A DNA stretch of 63,590 bases, filler included, from Licmophora abbreviata (GCA_900291995.1; 6 parts of 6 records of this genome joined end to end with filler, not necessarily neighbours in it); one strand, 5' to 3'. Shown: positions 1 to 11,684, counted from the first letter of the whole stretch. Numbers and translations: made by a program. Notes: generated from the sequence alone by a model not told the origin.

Positions 1-1427
1 GATTCGAGCTGGTTCTGCATCAAGCGTCGGTGCAAGAGTGACAGCAGGGCCACTGATGGTCGTCTTCTGAGCTGCCTTGTAAGCTTCCGTCGGTGCAGCT
101 TCGCAGACACCTCCCCGGATCCCGATAGTTGATGCGGAGTGCGAGCCGCAAAATTGCGAATGCACGAGGTCACTAACCAATCAAAATCAACTCCAGCCCA
201 GTGGCACAATAAGAAGACGAATCCGTACATCATGGGGTGCTCAGTGAGAAATTTCATCATCGCGCATCCTCCAATTCTTTGAAGGTATGCGAAAGACGAC
301 TGCGATTTGTACAGTGTGTAATGAAGCCTCTTCATCTTCTCCATCACAGACTCGTCTCTCACAAAAGAAATACCACCGCCAAGAGCTGTGGCCGTCTTAA
401 TAGTACCGAACGAGAGAAACACGAGATCAGCCTTCGAGTCGATCACTGTGCCCTGGACACCCGCAAAACACTCTGCTCTGTCGTCCCAAATTTCGAGTCT
501 ATGAAAGTCGGCGAGATCACGTAGGGTTTGCATATCCTCAGATGTAGTACTGTACTGTCCGAAAGGATGAACAATCATGATTGCCACTGTCTTCTTGCTT
601 ATGGCATCTTCAACCGCCACAGTGTCCACTCGTAAGGAGGTGCCCGTCATATCTACGGGAACAATGTCGATACCATGTTGTAGCAGTACATCCATCATCC
701 CAGGAATGTTGATTGGAGGCGTGACAATTACCTGCGATCCCTTCTCAAACGACATGGCACGAAGGTACATATCCAATAAGGATCGTACAGAAAGACCCAC
801 AAGTACGTTCTGGTCGGTCCAAAGGTTTGCAATTTTCTCTTCTATCTCGCAGTATCGACGCATTTTGGACGGCCGAAGAGCCTGTCGAGCAGCGAACCAC
901 AAGTCGCCGTATGAAATGTCTAACCTACCGCGGGGTGTCATCGGTTCAATGCCAAGATACCTGGTCGCGAAGGAAGTCTGCATATCTGACTGGGCGAAAT
1001 CACTGTCCTGCATGTCAGTCTCATCCGCATGATTGAGTGCTGCAGAGGTGTCTTCACTGATCGCGACTTGCGTCGAATCAGAAGTTTGCTTCCATTCTTT
1101 TAATTTCTCAGTACAATCTCGTCCCACTTGATTCGTTTGCTCCGCCACCAGCTCTACGTACTCTAACATTGCCTGAGTTTCCGAAAGCGAAGCACAGGAT
1201 AACCACGCTTGGTGTTTGGCATGCGCGACGACCTGCAAGCGAGACGGCGCATTGCCATTGCCTTCGATATCCGAACAAGGCCCGTCCTTGACATGCTTAT
1301 AAAGTCCATACAAGCGAAGCCTACTCTCGGATGAGGTAGACCCGTCGTTTGGTGGAGACTCACGCACCAACGTCGCTACTGCGTCAAACAGTGACCGCAA
1401 TTCGCTGTTTCGCGATGTTTCAGTCAT
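1..1427 (-). CDS. Acyl-CoA-binding (ACBP) domain fused to a DegT/DnrJ/EryC1/StrS-type PLP-dependent aminotransferase; 3' end runs off the window
   Basis: Manual translation (absent from the ORF track because no stop lies in the window): ATG at 1427, open to base 3. N-terminus MTETSRNSELRSLFDAVATLVRE...RLRLYGLYKHVKDGPC...AHAKHQAW...LSETQAMLEYVELV is an ACBP pattern. Then VGLSVRSLLDMYL, IMIVHPFG, IWDDRAEC and DLVFLSFGTIKTATALGGG (PLP-lysine motif of DegT family). Confidence 0.8.
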   Translation of the reverse strand, partial: MTETSRNSELRSLFDAVATLVRESPPNDGSTSSESRLRLYGLYKHVKDGPCSDIEGNGNAPSRLQVVAHAKHQAWLSCASLSETQAMLEYVELVAEQTNQVGRDCTEKLKEWKQTSDSTQVAISEDTSAALNHADETDMQDSDFAQSDMQTSFATRYLGIEPMTPRGRLDISYGDLWFAARQALRPSKMRRYCEIEEKIANLWTDQNVLVGLSVRSLLDMYLRAMSFEKGSQVIVTPPINIPGMMDVLLQHGIDIVPVDMTGTSLRVDTVAVEDAISKKTVAIMIVHPFGQYSTTSEDMQTLRDLADFHRLEIWDDRAECFAGVQGTVIDSKADLVFLSFGTIKTATALGGGISFVRDESVMEKMKRLHYTLYKSQSSFAYLQRIGGCAMMKFLTEHPMMYGFVFLLCHWAGVDFDWLVTSCIRNFAARTPHQLSGSGEVSAKLHRRKLTRQLRRRPSVALLSLLHRRLMQNQLE

Positions 1428-1628
1428 TTTGGGTAAATACGAAGCCAGCTTTGCTCTCTCTCTTTCCAAGTTCAGCTCATCCACGTGAGGAGAGCGTAAT
1501 TCGATCAAAAAAGTCCTCAATCCGGTCCGCGTAAAAGGGAACACTCAGCCACTCTCTGTTGACTGACGACCTTTTGCGAGTTGTGATGCGGTCGACATTT
1601 CCAGTAACAAAGATCGACAAAAAGATCT

Positions 1629-1638
1629 CGCGCCAAAA
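1629..1638. promoter_or_regulatory. Candidate E2F site (CGCGCCAAAA = TTTTGGCGCG) in the divergent promoter of ACBP-DegT and minC
   Basis: Matches TTTSSCGC consensus; the identical decamer is found just upstream of SMC4. Confidence 0.35.
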
Positions 1639-1821
1639 AACCAAAACTCTGTCCGTCCGTCGCCCACCAATGACATCTCATCGGTGCCGGTACCTGCGAG
1701 TTGAATCATCGAGTCAGTCGCCACAACAAAAGTGCAGCACACCCACGCACTAGTCACACATCACTGCATCAGCCAAAGCAAGTATCGCCTTTTGTTGTTC
1801 CACTTCTCACTGCTCTTGATC

Positions 1822-3087
1822 ATGTCCCAATGGAACCGCTTGTTCATCAGTAGAATTCATTCTGTGCGATGCTTATCGTCATCGGCCGAAAATTCAGCCC
1901 GCGTCCGAACGTATCTTGATGCGTGGGTGAATGATGGTATGCCAGCTGCCAGCCAGAAGAATCAGTATTCGGTCGCTCCTCATTCCAGTCCCGCCTCCAG
2001 AACGACGGCCACGGCGACGAAGGATTCTACAAAAGTGCAACCACTCTATCTGACTGGAGCGTCCTATTTACTTCCGACCCTTCGCATTGAACGACGAGAC
2101 ACGGGCGATTCGATTGCGACTCGCTTGGCTGCTGCATTGGACGACGGGAGCACTAGGAGTAGCACCACGAGTATGTTGCGAGGCAAGCCATTAAAATCAA
2201 GCAATGATGGCCGCAAAGGTCAGTGGAAGGTCCCAATTGTATTGGACTTGAGTGCCTTGGTTCCGGATGGATCTCCTCATTACGTTGCCCCTCCACCGGG
2301 CTTTCTGACAACGGTTTGTGCTGCGCTGGATGACTTTGGGATTCACGTAGTAGGCATCACGGGCAATATGCCGTCCGTCCTTGAACACGAGGCAGTGCAT
2401 GAAATGGGTTTGGCCTCGTTCTTGTCCAAGGGTCGTGTCGTGGGTCGACAGTCGATGACCAAGTATGCCATGGACGACATCATTCAACTAGTGCGATCAA
2501 GGTCGGCAGCGGAAGCGTCGACTGAGTCCTTAGAGGGGCTACAGAGAGACGAACCGTCCAATGTGCAAAATCTAGATGATACGAATTCTACATTGATCGA
2601 GGATGCCGGGGATAAAGTTGGAGTGACCTCACCTGCACGAATGAGCAAGACATTAACAGAAGGCGAGTCGAACATCGGAGTGGCATCGAGCGAGGGCGAA
2701 CTGGCGTCTCTCGAACGAGATGTCACAGGCGGCACCAAAGTCTACCATGGGTGTGTGCGTTCGGGTCAACAAGTAGCTGCCGGGAAGAACGAGTCACTCA
2801 TCGTCGTTGGCAGTGTGAATTCCGGAGGCGAAGTAATGTCAGATGGCGATATCACGGTCTTTGGGGCCCTCAGAGGACGAGCACTGGCCGGTTTGGGGAG
2901 CGGTTCCACTAAGTACAGCCCGAAGATTTGCGCGACAAGCTTTGACCCAGAACTCGTATGCATTGGAGACGTATTCACGACGGTAGATGACGTAGTGACT
3001 GACCTTGGACTCAACCAAGCAGGGGAACCTGCCATTGTATCGCTCAATGATGACGGTGTGCTTGTATTTGAGCGTATAGCTCTGTAA
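1822..3087 (+). CDS. minC: Septum site-determining protein MinC, probably mitochondrial
   Basis: C-terminal beta-helix motif KVYHGCVRSGQQV...LIVVGSVNSGGEVMSDGDITVFGALRGRALAG; N-domain remnant PIVLDLS...FGIHVVGI; likely start MSQWNRLFISRIHSVRCLSSSA is Arg/Ser-rich and lacks acidic residues (mitochondrial presequence-like). Confidence 0.85.
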   Translation: MSQWNRLFISRIHSVRCLSSSAENSARVRTYLDAWVNDGMPAASQKNQYSVAPHSSPASRTTATATKDSTKVQPLYLTGASYLLPTLRIERRDTGDSIATRLAAALDDGSTRSSTTSMLRGKPLKSSNDGRKGQWKVPIVLDLSALVPDGSPHYVAPPPGFLTTVCAALDDFGIHVVGITGNMPSVLEHEAVHEMGLASFLSKGRVVGRQSMTKYAMDDIIQLVRSRSAAEASTESLEGLQRDEPSNVQNLDDTNSTLIEDAGDKVGVTSPARMSKTLTEGESNIGVASSEGELASLERDVTGGTKVYHGCVRSGQQVAAGKNESLIVVGSVNSGGEVMSDGDITVFGALRGRALAGLGSGSTKYSPKICATSFDPELVCIGDVFTTVDDVVTDLGLNQAGEPAIVSLNDDGVLVFERIAL

Positions 3088-3384
3088 AGCGACACAATGA
3101 TAGATGAATCGCTTGCTTGAAGAAGTGCAGTAAGGTGGCCTTGTCGAGTACCAGGTATAGAAGGTATAGGTTCCTAAGGGAATCTGGAATGTCGCCCGTT
3201 TCGCCGCGCGGGCGTGCATTCAAAATGGATCATATGTAATATTCGGGCCTTTATAGATTAAAACTATTTGATTTTCTTCAATTTGAGAATTTCTGGCGCG
3301 GCCTGCGATACCGTCGCATGTCACGATGGTCTGTTGACGAACAAGAACTGGTCGACCTATGGTTACTCGCCATCTATTCACACC

Positions 3385-6300
3385 ATGATGGAATCGGAGG
3401 ATGTGAAGTCTACGAACCAAGTGGACGTTGAAAATGTGCCCAAAACGGTACGTTTGACTCGTCTGCAACCGATGAATTGCCATACATCACACATCATGTG
3501 GATGTCCATCTTTGCACGTTCATCGACCTTTGCACATGTTTCTCATGAACCGTGGTCTTTTCTTACTCTTTTCGCTCTTCAAAATATCAACAGCCACAAA
3601 GAAAGTTTGGAACCGACGTAACGTCCAGCGCTCGGGTAAATCGGCACCCTGGAGGCGCAACTACGGCTGGCACGACGAAGAGAAAGGCACGCCGCAGATC
3701 ACGTTCTACTCACGCATCAGGCTCCCACAAGAAAGCGTTACAGGACAATGCCAATCAAGATCGAAATTTCGAGTACACGGTACACTTTGAGCCTGGCCCC
3801 GTCGGTGTCAAACTGGAACCCGTTGTCGCTAGTTTGGGCCGCGAGGTGGGCTGTCGCGTAATGAACTTCGTTGACGGCGGAGAGGAGCACCCAGGGCAGG
3901 CACGAAAGTCTGGACGGATTCGACCGGGAGACTTGGTCGTTGCGGTCGATGGAAAGAGTATAGTTTCCTGGAACTACCCGGAGATTGTGGCACTGCTCAA
4001 GCGTAAGCCTGGGTCCTCTGGTCGCGATATATCGTTTCGGAGTGTGTGGGGCCGTGTGCCCGACTTCGATGCGCCGCCTTCGCCAGAAGGGCCGAAGAAC
4101 CAACAGGAACCGACGAGTGTCACCACCCCCGTACGACAGGCTCCTCAGAGCGCTCCTTCTACACCACCGGCCATGCGTCAGCCAGAGACACCCATGAGCC
4201 TTGGCGTTCTTCAGTCACCCTCCGAGAGCGTTCTCTACTCACACGTCTTAGACCACGTCCCAGACACCAAGGAATCACCACTCGTTGTCGCTTTGAGCAA
4301 ACGTGGGAGCACCACTCCTCGTGAAGATGGGTCCCAATCTCTGTCGGTGGAGGGATCAGTCTGGGGCACAAATGGGTCTCATCTTTCAAAGTTGACGATC
4401 GACGAGCGTACATCAAGCGAAAATAAGAATCAGTCTGGTGGGACGACGCCGTTGTCGCCAGGAAGACGATCGGGTGTGCTTACGTCGATGGTGAAGAGTG
4501 TCGCTCCTGCTGCTGGCCTCGTTGCATATGGCTCGTACTCGCTCACGACGTCTCTCACCAGTGCTGTGTCGACCAAAGTAGGCGAGGTGCTTGTGGGACA
4601 CTCTTCCAGAGAATTCGACAGTGCCATTCAACTCAAGGAGCAGCTTCTTGCGGAGTTGAGTCAGGTAAAGGTCACATTGAGTAAGTCAGTGGGCAAGAAT
4701 CAAGACTTATCAAGACAGGTAGACGCTCTAATCTCAAAGAATGATGCAGAGCGTCACGCGAATGACGAGGCGAAGTCTGCACTGGCCGCACTCGAAGAAG
4801 CCCATGTGAGTGTTCGTCGCCCATCTGATATACACAATGCCATTGTATGCTTTTCTAACGAATGTGCTATGTATCTCGTCTCTGGAGGCCATTCTGCAGT
4901 CTGATTTACAGGAAGCCAAGTCACAGGCGTTAGCCGACCATCACGAACTAGGCGAGCATCTGCGTATGAGGGAGGATCGTGTGAGAGAGCTACAGGCAGA
5001 AAACGAGGGGCTGAATGCGACTATTTCCAGGGCAAGCACTAGCTACCACGAACGAGAAGAAGTCTTTCAGCGAGAAGTAGATGAACTTCATGCGCGACTC
5101 CTCGCCGCTTCTCAAGAAAACGCCAGACTGGAAGACGAGACCGTGCAGAAAACCGCACTGATCGATGCTACCAAAGCTCATGTCAAAGAGCTCACTGCGG
5201 AACGAAGTCGCCTGAAAGCACAATGCGGCAAGCTGGAGTCTCAGCTTCAACGGAAAGACGCAGATCTGAATGACAGCTGTGTTGACGTACGGGAGCTTCA
5301 AGCCGAGTTGACTCGGCTTCGCGAAGGGGGGCTCTCAGCGGATATCGATACGAGATCGCACTCTGTGCCACTTTCCGAGCTAGGGGCTCGGTTATCTTCT
5401 GACAGTCAAGACCACGCCACAGCAAGAAATAGTTGGAAAGATCACGTCGACATGGTCATCACGCAGAAAAACGACGAAATCGAACGTCTCAAGTCCGATA
5501 TTGAGGGCCTCTCCGATGCATACGCCGCCGCCGAGACGCGAGTCTTGGATGCGGAGTCCAATGAGGTTGAGGCTCGCCATCAAGCGAATATTCGCTTTTG
5601 TGAACTCGCTGAATGTAAATTGAATCTCTCGAACGCGCTGGATCGAGGTTTGGAGTTGGAGGCTGCAATTCAAGTGTTAGAGCGCTCGAAGGGAGATATC
5701 AAAGAAAAGCTTCAATTGTTGACCTCCGGAAGCAGCAACTTATTGTCGCAACTATCCTCTGCACGAACCGAAGTCGAACTGTACAAGGGGCAGCTTAATG
5801 AAGCTCGCGAGTCGGTGCCATCCCCAGGATATTCGTCCAACGTTCATCAGGATCTGAAGTTTGAGAGATCAAGAACGGAGATGCTCGAGGGGCAGTTGTG
5901 CGATGCTACCAACGAAGTACAGCTGCTTCGTACGGAAATTTCCAATGTCCAGAAAGAGCAGCTCGATGACACGGAGCTTGTGCTTGCCGAGCTAGACGTA
6001 CTTACCGAGAGCCATGCGAAAGAGATGTCAGAAAAAGATTTCCGAATTCAGGAACTGGAGGAGCTTGTGCGTCAGTTTCAAAACGATGCCCGTGCGCTGG
6101 CCGAAGAGCATTCAGATGGCGTCGTAAGAAAGGCTCGCATGGATTCAGGCGATCGCATGAAAAAAGAAGAGCTGCTCGAAATCCATCGTGATCTCACCCA
6201 TCTCAAATCGACAATGGCGATGGAACGTGAAAAGAGAAATAGACTGACAGATGAAATCGAAAAACTTGAAGCGCTGGTAGTCAAAGAGAAAAATCAAACT

Positions 6301-7874
6301 GAACGTGCACAATTGGAACTCCAGGACCTCCAGGAGCTGCGTAGTACCGAGGAGAAGTCGAGGATGGAGCTCCGGCTGAAGTGCGACTTCTTCGAGGAGG
6401 AATACCTCGAGGCAACATGTCGCGCGGAGGATGCAGAACGTGAGTCGACTTCCCGCTCGAGGCGAATCAATCGTTTGGAGACAGACATGGCGGCCGTCGC
6501 CCGGGAAATGGATATGCTTGTGCGGACCAATGAGCTCTTGGAGGACCAACTAATTGAAATGAAGGTATCGATGGTATCCTCCAACGAAGAAGCGAGAACG
6601 CAAGGCGCTAGAGCGGCGGCTCACGAGAGTTCGTCACTCAGCCTGACCGAACGACTCGATGACCAGATGGACCGCAATTCGACTCTTTCTAATAGGTTGC
6701 AACTACTTCAAGAGTCGCTTGATGCGGCGTTCATCAGGGAGGAACTTTTGAAAACTGAAAAGGCGGGGGGCGAGATAGCACTTGAAGAAGCAAGGTTTAA
6801 GCTTGTGACGGCCGAGGAATCGATTGCCGACAAGGAAAACGAACTATCTTTTCTATCCGACGAGTTGACGCGTGTCAATTCTGAGCTGCAGGATGTTCGG
6901 AACAAGATGGAGCTGATGGAGGCGGCTTTATCCGAAGCGAAAGCCTCGCACGATTCGGCCACCCAGACGGCACGAGACGAAGTCGCAAGGGTGCGGGGTC
7001 TTCTTCAGGCAAGCGCGGACTGTCGAAGTGCTCTTGAGGCTACTGTGGAAAGGTGCAACAAAGATCTTGACAGACACCGCCAGCAGCACGCCAAGCTAGA
7101 GGATGCCCGTGCTGACGCCGTCTCTCAACTTGCAGAGGCACGCAACGTTATCAATCGAAAAAATATCGATATCTCGGCTTTGGAAGCTCGCTCTTGCACA
7201 GCTGAAGCATCATCGATGGATCTATCCAAGAAGTTAGTTGAACTCCAATCCTCTGTTAGTATTGCTGAAGAGTGCTCTTCTGTCACAAAGGCGCAACTGT
7301 CGACCATGCATGAATCTTACCGATGCCTCGAAGTAGAAACTGAATCTGCAAGACGAAATGAAACCGAACAGCTTGCGAAGATTTCCGAACTTGAACGAGC
7401 CAATGCCTCCCTACAGTCGAGGCTTCAAGAACTCGAAGAGGCATCAGCCGTCGCCGATGGCAGGCTTCGAAAGATTCGAGAATCAATGTCCTCGACTTCA
7501 GAGTCCTCCCGGCACCTCGCGAGTCAGCTCGAAGACAAGCAGACGAGTTTGGGCCACTTGCAAGCCAAGATTAGTATTTTGGAAGCGAATCTGTCTCGCA
7601 TGAAATCTGAGAGCCTATTGTACCAGGAGGCCGCACAGAACACGGACGACATTGTTACTCAGGCTGCGCTTTTGTCCCAGGAGAAGGAAATTATTAGATT
7701 GAAGGGTGATCTCGAATGTTGCAGAGGCGAGCTAGGGGCTAGCGCTGCCACCGCCAAGACGCGCGCAAGAGCTATTTCGGATCTTCAATCGCTCATAAAT
7801 GAGGCTCTTCGCTACTCACGACGGCTTCTGGACCAGCATCCTCTCTCTGGGACAAGTTCAGCGCTTGGTTACCT
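3385..7874 (+). CDS. PDZ-domain protein with a very long coiled coil, interrupted by a gap; introns 3448-3593 and 4806-4887/4899
   Basis: Exon 1 MMESEDVKSTNQVDVENVPKT splices (GTACGT...CAACAG) in frame to PQRKFGT. PDZ: VHFEPGPVGVKLEP...GQARKSGRIRPGDLVVAVDG...EIVALLK. About 1000 aa of heptad-rich E/L/K/R sequence follows. Confidence 0.75.
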
Positions 7875-7974
7875 NNNNNNNNNNNNNNNNNNNNNNNNNN
7901 NNNNNNNNNNNNNNNNNNTTAATTAATTAANNNNNNNNNNNNNNNNNNNNNNNNNNNNNNNNNNNNNNNNNNNN
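7875..7974. other. Assembly gap with artificial all-frame stop linker TTAATTAATTAA
   Basis: 100-nt block N44-TTAATTAATTAA-N44; repeated identically five times in the window. Confidence 0.97.
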
Positions 7975-8692
7975 CGTCAAGGCGACGGGAGACGTCCGAA
8001 GCGAACTTGACCGCCTTCGAGCGAGCCTTGCGCGGATGAGTGTCTCCTACAGTGAGCAAGGCAATGTCGGAGAACAGTCTGTAGACGGGTATACGCACGT
8101 GTTTTCCATCCTTTCAGAATTAAGAGGTCTACTCTACCGGTACGACGGTGAACGTCTTTCTCCACTTGTCCAATCGCTCGACTTGTCAGTCGATCGACTG
8201 TACACTGATCTGCAGATTACACGCAAGACGCTTGCTTCCAAGGAAGACGCCATCGCCCAGCTGGAAGTCCTTCTCGCCGACTGCGAGGCGGAGCGACAAT
8301 CGCTGGAGTCAAAGGTTGCATCGATGAACGTGTACATTCGTCAACTCGAACACCGGGGTGCTCCATCAGTCGACATGATGGCAACTCATCCAAAAGACCC
8401 TCAAGACAAGCCACTTATCACAGGCGAGAATTCCCAGGCCGTGGGTGCTCGTCTGATTTGCGGAGTTTTACAGGCCCCTTACGAGCGCGCTATCTCGAGT
8501 GCTCTCCACGATTGGGCATGCGCCTCGCGAGTAGCGGCTGCCACTGAGGGCCAACGACACATTTCGCACGCCATGGCACAACAACTTGAAGTCACCAGGG
8601 AGAAACTAGCATTGCTGAAGCGACATTTGAAGCAAGACTGTCGTCGACCGACGTCAACTCGGTTGACAATAAATCGGAACGAGCAGGAATAA
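7975..8692 (+). CDS. Coiled-coil C-terminal part, probably of the PDZ/coiled-coil gene before the gap
   Basis: Frame open from the gap (VKATGDVRSELDRLRASLARMS...) to the stop at 8692; same strand and heptad composition. Confidence 0.6.
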
Positions 8693-8740
8693 AGCTGAAG
8701 GGGGTCGTCCAGCTACAACTAAAACTTAGAAAGCGGTACT

Positions 8741-9521
8741 TTATTGAACTCGAATCGTCGCCGGTCCTTGAATGTTGTTGAGACATGCCAGTCGCGCTCG
8801 TGGCCACTTTCCAATCTTGCCATCTTCATACTCGCTACGGTCGGCCCACCCCTCGCTCTCGACAAAGTCCACTGCACAAAAAGTACACTGCCCGTTTCCA
8901 TTGCAGTTTCCAAGTTTCTTTTTGAGTCCTCTATAAACTTCCACGTCATTGGCTAGCAGAACGTTTCCGCAGATTGTCCCCCACCTTGGCATCAATCGAC
9001 ATGTCGTCCTTTCCTTCTTGGATCACATTGATTGTTACAGTCGTCCCCGCTTCAAATTGGGGTTCACTTTCAGCACTCTGTGATTCTTCCGTGGCTCCCT
9101 CATACACAAATGCGATACTTACAGGGGAAGGAGCTTCAATAATTTTCGACATGACCGCATCAAAGTTAACGTTCAAGACGTCGTCGCCCATGACACTCGC
9201 CACTTGGAGGCCCGGTAGTTTGTCGCTGTACTCTGACGATGAGGCGGAGCCTCCCTCAGTTAACTCCTGGACCTTGACACCTTTGTCAGCGCCTTCTTCG
9301 ATCTCTTCCAGCAACAAACCGAGTGGCTTTTCTAGCGTCAGGGAAAGCAGATTGGACGACGTCGCCGTGGCAGCGGCGGTATCGTCGTCCGATGCCGCTC
9401 GTCGGATCGTGCATCGGCGCGACGACGAGACCAAATGGTAGTGACCAGTAGGTCTAATCGAAAACGATGCTACTGGGACTGACAGCAGAGCGAACAGCAT
9501 ATGTTTCATCGAAAGCCTCAT
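8741..9521 (-). CDS. Plastid-targeted PDZ + 2Fe-2S ferredoxin-like protein; apparent single-base frameshift near 8975
   Basis: Signal peptide MKHMLFALLSVPVASF; PDZ-like LTLEKPLGLLLEE...VQELTEGGSA; ferredoxin part AKVGDNLR continues in the adjacent frame as NVLLANDVEVY...NCNGNGQCTFCAV...RLAC. Removing one A from the AAA run joins the frames. Confidence 0.8.
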
Positions 9522-9873
9522 GGTGTGGAGAGAGAACGTCCGTTCCTAGAGTTGTCTTGAACAATTACCTTTGTGGAGATTTTGATTCCCATTGTTCATG
9601 AGAGTTGCCAGAGTGAGGCGCGTGCAACTTGAAATCCGCACGATGTGACTGTATTAGAATAATGGTTATGAGCTGACTCAGAGTTCGGCATGTCATAAGC
9701 CATTTAGACGGCATCCCATAATTCTGGCCGCCTACCGGAAGATTCTCACTTTTTTTCTGTTTCTCGCATTCACCAAATCGCCGCGTGTCAATGACATCCC
9801 AATTCTGAATTCTGCCTACCACTTCCACTTTTTCTCATCGCCACAAACCGTATTCTGAACAAGAATCCTCGAT

Positions 9874-11413
9874 ATGGCTCTTCCATATAAGATTTCTTGG
9901 TCGGTCATTGCGGCGATGGTACTGCTCAGTGCGTCGGGTGGCGTCAGTAAGAAAAAATTGACGACTCACTTTGTCGCGGCCAGTCGAGCTTCATCCACCA
10001 GTAGCTCTTCCCGGAAACCATGGGGTCTACCTTCAGAGCAGCTAAATCCGTCTTCTCCTTTGTCACCAAAGAGTGTAAAGCTGGTGCAAGTTCAGATTGT
10101 ACATCGCCATGGCGATCGAACGCCCATTACACCGCTGAAGAATGAAAGCTTTTGGGCCGCCGCACTGCCTCACGACGAAATTCTCACCAAGGTGTCCAAC
10201 AACACGGAGCTAGTTCGGTCCGGGAAGCCCACCCAGCATTTAGCTGGAGGGCGTGGGCCGTTTGGACAGCTAAGTCAGCTAGGATTGTACGTATGAGTTA
10301 CTCCTGTGGGAATTTCGTTTCTTGACGCGCTCGTCTCGTCGTCGTCTCATCCATCATGCATGCCACGACTTATACAGACTCCAGATGGTTGACTTGGGAA
10401 GCAAATTAAGAGAGGAGCTCAGCTTGGATGAGTCCTCGGAAGAAAGGGATGGCCATCATATCGATGATCAGGGTAATCGCCATGTAAATCACGGTCGACT
10501 CTTCCACCCCAACCATCTTCCGCTACATCCTAAATACATCAGTGTCAGAAGCACCGACTTTCCCCGGACCATTCAGAGCGTACAAGGTGTCTTAGTTGGT
10601 CTGTTTCCTGACGCCCCCGACGAAACATTGCGTATCGATGTTCGACATACGTCCACCATGATTCCTGATCCACAGCCGCGACGCTCCGGAGAGCAGGTAG
10701 AACTCGAACGTCAGTTATCGGCACAGCCGCATTTGCTGAAGAGAGAAGACGACATGAAGGAGCTGGCAATTAGAGCGACACTTGCGTTAACGCCATTGCT
10801 GGGGGAGGGAGCGGACAAAATTTCGTTTGGAGTCGGGGAAGACAGCTCAATCGATGACTCGACTCATGGCGAGTTGCGGCCGTTGGCGTGGACGCAGCTT
10901 TCGGAGATTACCAAATGCCTTCAGGTGCGAAATCTCTTGCCTGACACGATCAGTGAAGAGGATCAAGAAGCCATATCGAATCATGCAGCTTGGAAGTGGA
11001 TGGAGACGTTACGTCATCCTCGACTGGCTTATCTGGCAATGAACCCCATGGTCACCAGCATCATTGACTCCATGCGGCGTCGGCTGTCGGGAGACATGGG
11101 CGAAGCGTTACACATTTACAGTGCGCACGATTCGACATTGATTGGTCTACTATGTGCGTTTCGACTCGAACCGCCAACAAAATGGCCCGAGTATGGAAGT
11201 TATCTGAAGATAGAGCTCCTGGAGGTGGCGGACTTCGGCTCTCACAATGAAGAGCACGACGGTCTGAAAGAACACAACTACTTTGTGCGATTCTCCTTGA
11301 ATGGCGAAATCCTACAGATGAAGTGGCATGAAGACCAGCCACTTGAGTTGATTCCCCTCGAGCTACTGGTCGAAAAGGTCTCGACCGTCGGAGCAACTCC
11401 ATTGTCGCGATAG
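9874..11413 (+). CDS. Histidine acid phosphatase (ACP6/lysosomal acid phosphatase-like); intron 10287-10377
   Basis: VHRHGDRTP catalytic motif, RSTDFPRTIQS, YSAHDSTL; splice restores GQLSQLGLLQMVDLG; N-terminal signal-like segment. Confidence 0.9.
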
Positions 11414-11684
11414 TGAGTTCGTTATGAGGGTCGACCGACATTTGATACGATTTGAGTGCTCAGCCACGGTTTCGAAAAGTTTCAAGTTGTGCCTCTTTTG
11501 GTGCGATTCTTGTTTTCTGCGAGTTGTCTGAGGCGAGTTTTGTATCGGGCTGCAGTGCAGGACCTTCATTTAGCAAGGGTTCTTTTTGTATGCCCCAATC
11601 GAAGTTCAATGTCGTCGTCGGTGTGCTAAGAAAGTATCATCACAATAGAATTCTATTAACTCTGAAAAGCATTGGCATTGGCGT

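Noticed and set aside
577..1032. 151-aa plus-strand ORF with a signal-like start
   Set aside because: Antisense shadow of the ACBP-DegT gene.
4810..7926. Long coiled coil that might be called SMC or myosin
   Set aside because: No Walker motifs, hinge or motor domain; similarity would be compositional only.
7919..7930. TTAATTAATTAA palindrome recurring five times, resembling a repeat or regulatory/piggyBac TTAA site
   Set aside because: Always centred in an exactly 100-nt N block; it is an artificial six-frame stop linker between contigs.
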